From: Macrostomum lignano
Taxonomy: Eukaryota
Direction of reading: 5' to 3'
Assembly (NCBI GenBank): GCA_002269645.1
Contig: NIVC01000659.1
Coordinates: forward strand, 62,001 to 126,000
DNA: 64,000 nucleotides
Part shown: one piece after another, positions 23,501 through 39,046 of the stretch
Numbering within the stretch: the first letter of the stretch is position 1
How the letters are laid out: every line of letters starts with the position of its first letter
Position numbers and translations under genes: made by a program
The notes under the pieces: generated by a model
What the model saw: the letters and a program-made list of their open reading frames with translations, nothing else
What the model was told of the DNA's origin: nothing
The model's database searches: none

Positions 23501-26500
23501 TGACTCACACAGATGGGGTGACAGCTGGGGTGACTCGCACAGATTGGGTGACAGCTGGGTTGACTCACACAGATGGGGTGACAGCTGGGGTGACTCACAC
23601 AGATTGGGTGACAGCTGGGGTGACTCACACAGATGGGGTGACAGCTGGGGTGACTCAAACATGATTTCGATTCGCTGAAATCAATTCACTCAGTAAATCA
23701 AGTTAAGAATTAATGTTGAATGTGCACTGCACATTGCTCTTTACAGCAGCAGCAGCAGCAGCAGCAGGTGTGTCAGTCGGGCAAGGAGCAGAACCCGCAC
23801 TACCTGAAGAGTCCAGCTGACCAATCCAACACATCGGATGCGGTAGACTCTGCAAACGCGCAACTGTCGGTGGACCAGCAACTGCTCAGGGGCTTAGCCA
23901 GATCTGATTACTATTTGATGCAGCACCGGAGGCTGGCCGAGCAGTCGGTCGGTAGGAGAAGCAAATCCGGGTCGAAGAAGCTGCGCCAACCGCCGCCACC
24001 TGTAGAGGCTGGGGTCGGCGATTGCGAGGACTTCGGAGAGGAGTCGGACGAGCTGTTCTCTGCCGCTGTGGTCAGTGACGACATTGTGTGCCCGCATTTC
24101 TTTGTACTCCAGCCTTGGGTCACAGTTCTGGTGATGCATTGGTCACAGTTCTGGTGATGCATTGGTCACAGTTCTTTTGATGCATTGGTCACAGTTCTGG
24201 TGATGCATTGGTCACAGTTCTTTTGATGCATTGGTCACAGTTCTGGTGATGCATTGGTCACAGTTCTGGTGATGCATTGGTCACAGTTCTGTTCATGCAT
24301 TGGTCACAGTTCTTGTGATGCATTGGTCACAGTTCTTGTGATGCATTGGTCACAGTTCTGGTGATGCATTGGTCACAGTTCTGTTCATGCATTGGTCACA
24401 GTTCTTGTGATGCATTGGTCACAGTTCTTGTGATGCATTGGTCACAGTTCTGGTGATGGTGATACATTGGTTACAGTTCTGGTGATGCATTGGTCACAGT
24501 TCTGGTGATGCATTGGTCACAGTTCTGGTGATGGTGATACATTGGTTACAGTTCTGGTGATGCATTGGTCACAGTTCTGGTGATGCATTGGTCACAGTTC
24601 TGTTCATGCATTGGTCACAGTTCATATCACTCTAATTGGTCACAGTTCTGGTGATTGGTCACAGTTCTGGTGATTGGTCACAGTCACAGTTCTGTTCATG
24701 CATTGGTCACAGTTCATGTCACAACACATTGGTCACAGTTCATGTCACACACATTGGTCACAGTTCATGTCACTCTAATTGGTCACAGTTCATGTCACAC
24801 ACATTGGTCACAGTTCATGTTACACTATAATTGGTCACAGTTCATGTCACACACATTGGTCACAGTTCATGTCACTCTAATTGGTCACAGTTCATGTCAC
24901 ACACATTGGTCACAGTTCATATCACTCTAATTGGTCACAGTTTATGTCACACACATTGGTCACAGTTCATGTCACTCTAATTGGTCACAGTTCATGTCAC
25001 ACACATTGGTCACAGTTCATATCACTCTAATTGGTCACAGTTTATGTCACACACATTGGTCACAGTTCATGTTACACTATAATTGGTCACAGTTCATGTC
25101 ACTCTAATTGGTCACAGTTCATGTCACACACATTGGTCACAGTTCATGTTACACTATAATTGGTCACAGTTCATGTCACACACATTGGTCACAGTTCATG
25201 TCACTCTAATTGGTCACAGTTCATGTCACACACATTGGTCACAGTTCATATCACTCTAATTGGTCACAGTTTATGTCACACACATTGGTCACAGTTCATG
25301 TCACTCTAATTGGTCACAGTTCATGTCACACACATTGGTCACAGTTCATATCACTCTAATTGGTCACAGTTTATGTCACACACATTGGTCACAGTTCATG
25401 TCACACTATAATTGGTCACAGGTGTCCACCGCGCTTGATTCACCGGAAGTAGCTGGCGTTTCTATGAAAGACAACGCCAATTCGCTTTTAAAAGAAAAGC
25501 AAAAGAAGAAGCAGAAGAAGGCAAAGCGCGAGTCAGTGAGCTCCTCGGTCGGAGACTACAAAAGCTTGCCAAACTCAAAGCTCAATAATTCGAAGGCGAA
25601 GTCGGTTAATCTGACCGAATACCTCACCGTGAGCAGCCTCTCTCCCGGCTGCGTGGAGCAGTCCGACCTGACAGCTAAACTGGAACTGGCTTGGCCAACT
25701 GATGCTGAGCAGAGGCTGCTGCATCTGAGACTGCGGGCTCCGGCTCGGCTATCAGTGGTGTCGGCGCACCTGCTCACTCTCGCTGCTCAAGAGCCGGCAG
25801 ACACGCCTGTACACTTTCCTGGGTGCCCGCTGGCTCCTGGACAATGCACCGCTTCCGTCTGCGTGCCAGTGAGTCTGTGGGGCATCGAGATTGTTTTCCA
25901 GATTTCTAATTCAGTTGTCCCAGTCTGTAGAGTCAGTTGTGCCAGTCTGTAGAGTCAGTTGTGCCAGTCTGTAGAGTCTGTTGTCCCAGTCTGTAGAGTC
26001 TGTTGTGCCAGTCTGTAGAGTCTGTTGTGCCAGTCTGTAGAGTCAGTTGTGCCAGTCTGTAGAGTCTGTTGTGCCAGTCTGTAGAGTCTGTTGTCCCAGT
26101 CTGTAGAGTCTGTTGTGCCAGTCTGTAGAGTCTGTTGTCCCAGTCTGTAGAGTCTGTTGTGCCAGTCTGTAGAGTCTGTTGTGCCAGTCTGTAGAGTCTG
26201 TTGTGCCAGTCTGTAGAGTCAGTTGTGCCAGTCTGTAGAGTCTGTTGTCCCAGTCTGTAGAGTCAGTTGTGCCAGTCTGTAGAGTCAGTTGTGCCAGTCT
26301 GTAGAGTCAGTTGTGCCAGTCTGTAGAGTCAGTTGTGCCAGTCTGTAGAGTCTGTTGTGCCAGTCTGTAGAGTCTGTTGTCCCAGTCTGTAGAGTCAGTT
26401 GTGCCAGTCTGTAGAGTCAGTTGTGCCAGTCTGTAGAGTCAGTTGTGCCAGTCTGTAGAGTCAGTTGTGCCAGTCTGTAGAGTCAGTTGTGCCAGTCTGT

Positions 26501-27531
26501 AGAGTCAGTTGTGCCAGTCTGTAGAGTCTGTTGTGCCAGTCTGTAGAGTCTGTTGTGCCAGTCTGTAGAGTCTGTTGTGCCAGTCTGTAGAGTCAGTTGT
26601 GCCAGTCTGTAGAGTCTGTTGTGCCAGTCTGTAGAGTCTGTTGTCCCAGTCTGTAGAGTCAGTTGTGCCAGTCTGTAGAGTCAGTTGTGCCAGTCTGTAG
26701 AGTCAGTTGTCCAGAGAGTCCTACCAGTCCGCAGCCTGAGAGTCCCCAGTCCGCAGCCTGAGAGTCCCCAGTCCGCAGCCTGAGAGTCCCCAGTCCGCAG
26801 CCTGAGAGTCCCCAGTCCGCAGCCTGAGAGTCCCCAGTCCGCAGCCTGAGAGTCCCCAGTCCGCAGCCTGAGAGTCCCCAGTCCGCAGCCTGAGAGTCCC
26901 CCAGTCCGCAGCCTGAGAGTCCCCAGTCCGCTGCCTGAGTGTCCCCCAGTCCGCAGCCTGAGAGTCCCCCAGTCCGCAACCTGAGAGTCCCCAGTCCGCA
27001 GCCTGAGTGTCCCCCAGTCCGCAGCCTGAGAGTCCCCCAGTCCGCAGCCTGAGAGTCCGCACCCTGCCGCACCCTCAGTGGAGCAGCAAGCGCCGCGCCA
27101 GGCTGAAGCTGCACTGCCTGTTTGGCGACGCGGTGAATTTTTGCGTCGCCGACGTTCGTCTGCCGTCGCTCCGCTTGTCCGCGCAGCTCCGCCCAGATTC
27201 GTCGATGACGCCGGAGCTGCTTCAGCAGCGCGTGGCCGAAGGCCGCCTGCCCGGCCAGGCGCAAGTTCAGCTACGCCTCGTTGCTAAGGGCGCCACCGAG
27301 TTTGGCGCTATCGAAGCTCGGCTGGCGCCGATCGCGCGCCCTCTCATTTCGGCGCCGAATTCGACGCTGTGCGCCTCGGTCGATTCTCGAGGTTGGTCGG
27401 CCTCCCTGCTGGCGAAATTGTCGGCTGACTCGTCGGTCAGACTGGAGATCCGGGCCAGGGATCAGGCTGCGGCGGACGGGCTGGCCGAGGAGCTGCGCTG
27501 GGTTCTTGATCGATCGGTTTCTTCACTCTGA
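14515..27531 (+). CDS. AP3D1: AP-3 complex subunit delta-like (divergent); exons 14515-14628, 15394-15746, 16418-16817, 18784-18996, 19796-20451, 20987-21353, 23747-about 24085, 25422-25868, 27079-27531
   Basis: Phase-consistent GT-AG splicing gives AP3D1 landmarks: MSSNRFALKRLAYLAAS, TNLLRKDL, LLTPLEPRLGRKLIDP, LLYECVNT, NFDWYI, LEVQERA, PDGLDLDAWINAPL, NPHYLKS and a C-terminal ear-like region. The exon-7 donor is uncertain. Confidence 0.88.
14725..15240. repeat. Polypyrimidine (CT-rich) low-complexity tract, AP3D intron 1
   Basis: Almost exclusively C/T on the plus strand. Confidence 0.9.
15850..16317. mobile_element. MITE, copy 1 (second copy about 28730-29180)
   Basis: Imperfect TIRs of about 35 bp around CTAGATGGGCCACT / AGTGGCCCATCTAG. 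The internal sequence is nearly identical to 28745-29160. Confidence 0.8.
16945..18750. repeat. 20/24-bp minisatellite (GAGCTGAGACACTTATCGGA, with or without GACA), AP3D intron 3
   Basis: Visible tandem array of about 1.8 kb. Confidence 0.97.
19045..19760. repeat. 12-bp minisatellite (CCCAGATCCCCA), AP3D intron 4
   Basis: Visible tandem array. Confidence 0.95.
20490..20915. repeat. Polypurine (GA-rich) tract, AP3D intron 5
   Basis: Almost exclusively G/A on the plus strand. Confidence 0.9.
21360..22630. repeat. Polypyrimidine (TCTC/TCATC) compound repeat, AP3D intron 6
   Basis: About 1.3 kb, nearly all C/T. Confidence 0.93.
23101..23657. repeat. 30-bp minisatellite (GTGACTCACACAGATGGGGTGACAGCTGGG), AP3D intron 6
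   Basis: Visible tandem array. The same unit occurs inverted at 29545-30490. Confidence 0.95.
24115..25421. repeat. 23-bp then 25-bp minisatellite with TTGGTCACAG core, AP3D intron 7
   Basis: TGGTCACAGTTCTGGTGATGCAT grades into TTGGTCACAGTTCATGTCACACACA / ...TCACTCTAA. Confidence 0.95.
25912..27058. repeat. Two adjacent 22-bp minisatellites (GTCTGTAGAGTCAGTTGTGCCA to about 26712; CCCCAGTCCGCAGCCTGAGAGT from about 26720), AP3D intron 8
   Basis: Visible tandem arrays. Confidence 0.95.
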
Positions 27532-27549
27532 TGCAGAGTGTGGTGCGTT

Positions 27550-28390
27550 TTCTAGCAACGGTTGCTATGGAAACAAGCCGATAAATAATCAGCCACGGTT
27601 GCTATGGTAACAAGCCGAAACAATATACTATAACAACGATTGTTATTACAATAATTCTAGAGAAACTACTATAGAAACGGTTGCTATGAAAATAAATCGT
27701 GAGAAAATATCATAGCAACGGTTGCTATGGAAACAAGCCGAGAAATTATCATAGCAACGGTTGCTATGGAAACAAGCTGAGAAATTATCATAGCAACGGT
27801 TGCTATGAAAATAAGCCGAGAAATTATCATAGCAACGGTTGCTATGGAAACAAGCTGAGAAATTATCATAGCAACGGTTGCCATGGAAATAAGCCGAGAA
27901 ATTATCATAGCAACGGTTGCTATGGAAATAAGCTGAGAAATTATCATAGCAGCGGTTGCTATGGAAATAAGCCGAGAAATTATCATAGCAACGCTTGCTA
28001 TGAAAACAAGCCGAAACAATATACTATAGGAACGATTGCTATAACAATAATTCGAGAGAAACTACTATAGAAACGGTTGCTATGGAAATAAGCTGAGAAA
28101 TTATCATAGCAGCGGTTGCTATGGAAATAAGCCGAGAAATTATCATAGCAACGCTTGCTATGAAAACAAGCCGAAACAATATACTATAGGAACGATTGCT
28201 ATAACAATAATTCGAGAGAAACTACTATAGAAACGGTTGCTATGGAAATAAATCGAGAGAAACTATCATAGCAATGTTTTCTATGGAAACAAGTCTAGAG
28301 GAAATACCATTGCAACGGTTGCTAATTAAGAAAATAAATCAAAGGCTATGATATGGTGTTCATGTGGCAGCGGTTGCTATGGTAACACGT
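27550..28390. repeat. 39-bp repeat carrying the palindrome ATAGCAACGGTTGCTAT and an X-box-like GTTGCTATGGAAAC, roughly 20 units
   Basis: The 39-bp period is clear at 27721-27995; flanking units are degenerate. Confidence 0.9.
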
Positions 28391-28729
28391 CACAAATGCT
28401 TCACAAAGATTTTTAAAAAATCCTATCAAGATGGCTTAAGTAACGGCACAGCCATGACACAGTTTGATTAGCATGACGTAATTTAGCCGTGCAGAGTGGT
28501 TCAGAATTGCGTGCCTTAACTTAATAGTATTTTTTAAATATTTGTTTTCAAATATTTGTTGTTTATTAAACGGTTGAAGGTATTTTTCGTCTTTAATAGA
28601 ATCTATTTTGGTTCATTATTTTCACTGCTTCATCGCGAGTATTTGTCAGTTTTCAAAGTGTGTACATTATGCACTTTTAGGCTAATGAAAATATATTTGC
28701 TGTTATTTCAATTAGGTATTTACCACGTT

Positions 28730-29180
28730 ACCACAGATACTAAAATAAGATGGGCCACTCAGCACATTTGCGTGTAAGCTACTTTCAGTTCAGTAGTAAG
28801 TTTAACTGAAACATTTTAATGCATTTTTAATGCCAATGCTCATTTATTGGCTCTTACCCCCCTCGCTTAAACCCTCCAACCGCGCCTTTCCACACCACCC
28901 CACCCCACCCTAATTTTTATTGCCTTTCTTGGAAATCCAGCCTAAAGTTGCCATGTACATTTCAGAGGACTGGCCAATGTACATTATTGCTGAACCAATT
29001 AGCCAGTTGTTTACGCCTGCAAGCTTGGGCTTCTGAACTTATCAAAGTCATTTCAGCTGCCTTTATTTTAAAAAATAGCTTATGTATTCTTCTTTGCTAC
29101 TGAACTGAAGTAGAAAGCTGTTTTGCTAAGTATTGCAATATATGTGCCTGAGTGGCCATCTGGTTATTCTAGTATCTGTG
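28730..29180. mobile_element. MITE, copy 2 of the 15850-16317 family
   Basis: Same internal sequence, with terminal AGATGGGCCACTCAG / CTGAGTGGCCATCT. Confidence 0.78.
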
Positions 29181-29544
29181 CCATGTTACTTAATTATTTT
29201 TCGTCGTCTTGTGCGGTGGCTTTCTGCAGCTTATTTTAATAATTTTTATCCCAGTCAGTTTCTGTGTTTGTTACGTAAGTCAGATTTTATATTTTTTTCA
29301 AATATGACTGGTTTCATTTTTTGTCGCCTTCATCTGTTCCTCATAGCGCCACGGAGATGCTTCTGCTATTTCTCGTTTTCCAGTCAGCTCTCGTGCAGCA
29401 AAATTATTCTCAACTAGTCACGTTTGAGTCCCAGCAGCTCTTCTCCTCATTGATATTATTCTTTTCTCATCTCGCATACTTGTTCATGTGCTTGTTGCTC
29501 TGGCTCTGCACCCACCTTGTGCTTTTGCTTTATCTCACAAACTA

Positions 29545-30490
29545 CAGCTGTCACCCCATTTGTGTGGGTCACCCAAGCTGTCACCCCATCTGTGTGAGTC
29601 ACCCCAGCTGTCACCCAATCTGTGTGAGTCACCCCAGCTGTCACCCCATCTGTGTGAGTCAACCCAGCTGTCACCCAATCTGTGCGAGTCACCCCAGCTG
29701 TCACCCCATCTGTGTGAGTCACCCCAGCTGTCACCCCATCTGTGTGAGTCACCCAAGCTGTCACCCAATCTGTGTGAGTCACCCCAGCTGTCACCCAATC
29801 TGTGCGAGTCACCCCAGCTGTCACCCCATCTGTGCGAGTCACCCCAGCTGTCACCCCATCTGTGTGAGTCACCCCAGCTGTCACCCCATCTGTGTGAGTC
29901 ACCCCAGCTGTCACCCAATCTGTGCGAGTCACCCCAGCTGTCACCCAATCTGTGCGAGTCACCCCAGCTGTCACCCGATCTGTGCGAGTCACCCCAGCTG
30001 TCACCTTATCTGTGAGTCACCCCATCTGAGTCACCCCAGGTGCCACCCTATCTGTGTGAGTCACCCCAGCTGTCACCCCATCTGTGCGAGTCACCCCAGC
30101 TGTCACCCCATCTGTGTGAGTCACCCCAGCTGTCACCTTATCTGTGAGTCACCCCATCTGAGTCACCCCAGGTGCCACCCAATCTGTGTGAGTCACCCCA
30201 GCTAACTATCTATGAGTGACCCCTGCTGTCACCCCATCTGTGAGTCACCCCATCTGTGAGTCACCCCATCTGTGAGTCACCCCATCTGTGAGTCACCCCA
30301 TCTGTGAGTCACCCCATCTGTGAGTCACCCCATCTGTGAGTCACCCCATCTGTGAGTCACCCCATCTGTGAGTCACCCCATCTGTGAGTCACCCCATCTG
30401 TGAGTCACCCCATCTGTGAGTCACCCCATCTGTGAGTCACCCTATCTGTGAGTCACCCCATCTGTGAGTCACCCCATCTGTGAGTCACTC
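29545..30490. repeat. 30-bp minisatellite (inverse of 23101-23657) grading into an 18-bp derivative (CCCATCTGTGAGTCAC-type)
   Basis: Visible tandem array. Confidence 0.93.
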
Positions 30491-31074
30491 CAACTGCCCC
30501 TTGTTTCCTTCTCTCAAAAAGCAACTCTCAATCATCATGCATTGATCAGTGACTTCCACACTGCAGCAATATATTAAAGTTGTCAAACTTGTGTCCCATT
30601 CTTCATGGGAAATTTTTTAAAACACTTGACTGTATTCCAAAATTCTTTTGCTATGACTGTCTTTCTTTTTGAGATTAACCATTTTACTCCCAGTAATAGT
30701 TTTCATTGTTTTTTGACAACACACGAAGCAATATCTATTGCACTGCTTGCAATAGCTGGCTTTGAATTTACTCCTCTCTGTCGGTGTTTTGTGCTCTTGT
30801 ATTTGTGTCTGACTGTCTGTCTGTTTACCTTTCTGCTAGATATTTTAAGTTTTTTTATCGTTATTAATTGAGATTTGGTGTCCAATTTCCAATGCTGAAC
30901 TATAAAGTTTGAAAAGCACTTCCAATGAGAGAAAAATTCTTTATTTGTGTTTTTTATTTACAAATTGCACTACTTATAAAACTTGATAGCTTAGTAGTGC
31001 AGTAAAGATGCGGTTTTGATTTTTTGCAATTCGATGTTTGGGTTAAATTAACATAAAAAGTAGGTAGAATCACG

Positions 31075-31552
31075 GACTAACTGAACCACCAGCTGACCCA
31101 CTAACTGACCCACCAGCTGACCCACCAACTGACCCACCAGCTGACCCATCAACTGACCCACCAACTGAACCACCAACTGAACCACCAACTGACCCACCAA
31201 CTGCCAAACTGACCCACCAACTGACCCACCAAATGACCCACCAACTGACCCATCAACTGACCCACCAACTGACCCACCAACTGAACCACCAACTGAACCA
31301 CCAACTGACCCACCAACTGCCAAACTGACCCACCAACTGACCCACCAAATGACCCACCAACTGACCCATCAACTGACCCACCAACTGACCCACCAACTGA
31401 CCCACCAGCTGACCCACCAACTGACCCATCAACTGACCCATCAACTGACCCATCAACTGACCCATCAACTGAACTACCAACTGACCCACAACTGACCCAC
31501 CAGCTGACCCACCAACTGACCCAAACTGACCCAAACTGATCCACAACTGACC
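31075..31552. repeat. 12-bp minisatellite (CCACCAACTGAC) directly upstream of the ankyrin exon acceptor
   Basis: Visible tandem array. Confidence 0.93.
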
Positions 31553-31568
31553 CGCCGACGCTCCGCAG

Positions 31569-35620
<4,052 letters not shown>

Positions 35621-35884
35621 CTAACTGTCAAATAATTTTTTCTCTTGCGCTATGCACTGGGTCCGATTTTTAATGACATTCCAATTTTTTTCTTTTCAAT
35701 TTTTGTAGCCTTTTTTAGTGTTTTTCTACCGATATTACTGCATAGAGAATCTCGCGAAAGTTTTTTCTTGGGCGTTGACGCGTGCAGCTTCACTTGATGC
35801 TGGGTTGACTTTTTTACCTGAGACATATTTACTAGTTATAATGTACTTTTTATTGATGAGATTGATTAGAATCGTGAGCATTCC

Positions 35885-36305
35885 TTTTTCCTCTCCCTCA
35901 GTGCTTGAGAATCTGCCTCTCCGTTCCCTCAGTGCTTGAGAATCTGCCTCTCCGCTCACTCAGTGCTTGAGAATCTGCCTCTCCGTTCCCCCTCAGTGCT
36001 TGAGAATCTGCCTCTCCGCTCACTCAGTGCTTGAGAATCTGCCTCTCCGTTCCCCCTCAGTGCTTGAGAATCTGCCTCTCCGCTCACTCAGTGCTTGAGA
36101 ATCTGCCTCTCCGCTCACTCAGTGCTTGAGAATCTGCCTCTCCGCTCACTCAGTGCTTGAGAATCTGCCTCTCCGCTCACTCAGTGCTTGAGAATCTGCC
36201 TCTCCGCTCACTCAGTGCTTGAGAATCTGCCTCTCCGTTCCCCCTCAGTGCTTGAGAATCTGCCTCTCCGCCCCATCAGTCACTGAATCTGCCTCTCCGC
36301 TCCCC
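35885..36305. repeat. About 31-bp minisatellite (CTCAGTGCTTGAGAATCTGCCTCTCCGCTCA)
   Basis: Visible. Confidence 0.95.
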
Positions 36306-36507
36306 TCAGTTCTCAAACTGATTTCCGTCCTTTACTTAAATATTTAGCTTTTTCTGTCAACTGTGTTTAGAAGCATTCGAGAAAGGCTCACATTTTTATT
36401 CCAGTTTTTGGTAAGCCAGCTGCCTTATTAGCTTGAGTAATTTTACGTGTGCCGCTTTTTCCACTATAGACATGTATTTAATGCTCTATTGATAATATAA
36501 TTATAAT

Positions 36508-36930
36508 TTATCGTATTTGCCAAGAAGTTAATCCAGAGGGCAATGAACCACACAAACAAATTCTGTTTTCACTTAGCATTGATCTGCATAGAGCGTCGTT
36601 GAACAGTCGGATGCAGTCACAGTTGACACCACTATTTGACTTATTGTTGGCAAACAGCTCGTCGTCCTCCGGGAAGATGTCGTTTCCAGTGACCCTCTGC
36701 CAGCAGGCTCTGCTCCTGCGGTCTCTCATCGGTCAGGTTGCTCCATCCGGCCCACAGGTTGCAGCTGCAGCCGGCACCGAGTTGAGCAGCTCGCCTCCGA
36801 TCGATGCCCACTGCCGATTGGCTGAGCACCAGCTGTGGCTGTGAGCTGTGCTCACGAACAGGCACAGACCGGCCTGCATGGTGAACGGTGCATGGCACGG
36901 CAGGAGCAGCTGCAGTAGCTTCAATGTCAT
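36508..36930 (-). pseudogene. Frameshifted, truncated C-type lectin paralog
   Basis: CLFVSTAHSHSWCSANRQWASIGGELLNS, then GCSCNLWAGWSNLTDER, then WQRVTGNDIFPEDDELF lie in three different frames. All are homologous to the paralogs at 38294 and 43010. No PAN domain. Confidence 0.8.
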
Positions 36931-36986
36931 ACATGTAGAAAAAAAGAAAAAAGCAGAAGGCGCAGTTCCATCGCCTGTTGACACAG

Positions 36987-37288
36987 ACAAACAGTCTGCG
37001 AGTCACTCTGGTGTGAGTGAGCGGGCGGCAGATTCACAAACAGTCTGCGAGTCACTCTGGTGTGAGTGAGCGGGCGGCAGATTCACAAACAGTCTGCGAG
37101 TCACTCTGGTGTGAGTGAGCGGGCGGCAGATTCACAAACAGTCTGCGAGTCACTCTGGTGTGAGTGAGCGGGCGGCAGATTCACAAACAGTCTGCGAGTC
37201 ACTCTGGTGTGAGTGAGCGGGCGGCAGATTCACAAACAGTCTGCGAGTCACTCTGGTGTGAGTGAGCGGGCGGCAGATTCACAAACAA
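36987..37288. repeat. 49-bp tandem repeat, 6 identical copies plus a partial copy
   Basis: ACAAACAGTCTGCGAGTCACTCTGGTGTGAGTGAGCGGGCGGCAGATTC at 36987, 37036, 37085, 37134, 37183 and 37232. Confidence 0.96.
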
Positions 37289-37417
37289 AAAGGCGAATCA
37301 CTTTTTGCTTGTTTGTAGTAAAATTCAAAGCTGATTCCTTCCAAATTCGATAAGATCTTAAAAATTCTCACTCTGATAAAAAGCATTCAATACTTTTAAT
37401 AATACTATTGATATTAT

Positions 37418-37784
37418 TTTTTTATTATTAGAGGCAGGGGGGTTGTGTGCACTCTGGCGCACTTTAAGCGACATAGGCACACAGCCGGCGAGAGGCATTA
37501 CTGCCCATTCCGCCGACTCCCCTGAGCAGGCACACAAGCGCGCGGATACGTACGCAGGCACACACTCACACAGGAGTGTACAGCGGCCCTAACTTTATAT
37601 TATCGTTAGGCATGTACACTTCACTGCGCCTTGGGGGGTTGGCTCTCAAGGCCGTTAATTGCACGAGCAGAGCCAAGCGGAGATTCCAATTCAGCCCTAA
37701 ATTAATGTGACTGCACTTGGAATCGAGCCTGGGTCGCTGGCACACCAGAGCAGCTGCGCTACCGCTGGGCTACGCCCCCCTCCC
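37418..37784 (-). mobile_element. tRNA-derived SINE (second family), full-length copy
   Basis: Minus-strand head GGCGTAGCCCAGCGG (A-box) ... GGCTCGATTCC (B-box), A-rich tail, and 13-bp TSD CTATTGATATTAT (37405-37417, 37785-37797). A homologous copy is split by the Gypsy element. Confidence 0.85.
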
Positions 37785-38293
37785 CTATTGATATTATGGG
37801 CTGAATGCAAATCAGTCGAATCCATTTTTTTGTAAAACAGTTTGGATTTCCAGCTTTGAACAATATCCTAAGAAAGAAAGCATCCCGATCCCGCCCTTTT
37901 ACGCTTGTCGAGTACTTGAGTACTCTCTGCTTCCGCCTGAGGCCAGCTAACGTTTTGCTCAGTTTGTCCATGGAATTGCGAATTCTTGAAATCATTCCAA
38001 TTATCCTACCCTCCTTACTTAGAAAGTTATCAAAACTATTCGTAAATTCTTTCAACAGCTGCGGCAGAAGCAGAATGTGTGCCATAGATTTATCAATTTA
38101 AGTTATTCCATTGAAAAACTTCCATTAGCAAACCTGCCAATCATCAGCACCGAGATGCATTTGGGGGTACTCCAGTGCCTGACAAGTTCTGAACCAGCTT
38201 TTAAATTGACAGGAGATCAATTCTAATTTGGTACGCTTCTCAAGGTAAAAGCCCTGACAGAACTGAGTCTCATCGGTGAGCCCCAACATCCGC

Positions 38294-39046
38294 ATGCAGC
38301 TCCATTAGATCGCCACAGCACTCGCTCTGCAAGCGGCAGTCTGCCAGCTGCTCTGGCCGTCAGCTCAACCGTGCCCCGCTTCGTTCCGTCTCGAGGCCGG
38401 CAAATGCGTGTTCGTGAGCACAGCTCACAGCCACAGCTGGTGCTCAGCGAATCGGCACTGCGCATCGATCCGAGGCGAGCTGCTCAACTCGCACAGCTCG
38501 CTGCAGTTGCTGGGCAGCATGCCGAGTACCAAATGTGGCTGCAACATCTGGCTCGGAGTGTCCGACCTGGCTGAGGAGAGAGTCACGAGCAGGTCGGACT
38601 GGCAGAGAGTCAACGGCAACGGTCAGCTGCCAAAGGATGACTCACTGTGGCATACAAATGATCCGAGCAACTCTGGAGGACATGAGGACTGCATCGCGTG
38701 GTACTTCACATCACATGCGAAGATAGTCGACATGAAGTGCTCAGCGCTGGCTGGCTTTGCCTGCGAGTTTGTTGAGACTCTGCGAGAAGCTCCAGCTGGA
38801 GCCTCATGGCTGCGGACTCCGTTCAAGCGCACCAGCTACAATCCCAGCTCCGAGTACTGCCACGCTGACCTGCTGCAGGTGAAGAACGCAATGCACTGCG
38901 TGGCAGCCGGCATGCGTGCGGCCAGCTGCAGACACGTGCTGTACAACAGCAAGCTGAGAGCCTGCCGCCTGCTGCTGTTCACCGACGCTCAGGTGGAGGC
39001 GGAGATCGAGACGAACGCCGACTGGGTCAAGTTCAGCGTGTTCTGA
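38294..39046 (+). CDS. C-type lectin + PAN/apple-domain secreted protein, paralog B; in-frame TAG at codon 5 (pseudogene or unrecognised 5' exon)
   Basis: ATG CAG CTC CAT TAG, then open IATALALQAAVCQLLWPSAQPCPASFRLEAGKCVFV...WLGVSD...DPSNSGGHEDC...FACE. A PAN-like C-terminus follows (C..A....C..V.YN....C.L). Confidence 0.75.

Noticed and set aside
19005-24162. Long low-complexity ORFs (poly-PRSP, poly-SSL, CHPICVSHPS, GDSHRW and similar)
   Set aside because: They are translations of intronic minisatellites, open in several frames on both strands, and lie within phase-consistent introns of the AP3D-like gene.
29290-29540. Purine-rich minus-strand stretch resembling a coiled-coil exon
   Set aside because: Multiple in-frame stops and no assignable homology.
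37720-37784. tRNA gene candidates (also 35320-35380, 60355-60418 and 62505-62550)
   Set aside because: A/B boxes are present but I could not fold a complete cloverleaf. The first three are heads of multi-copy SINEs, one with a TSD.
37759-38085. 108-aa minus-strand ORF ending in the SINE
   Set aside because: No recognisable domain or splice structure, and its end runs into the SINE head. It may be a disrupted gene, but this is not supportable.
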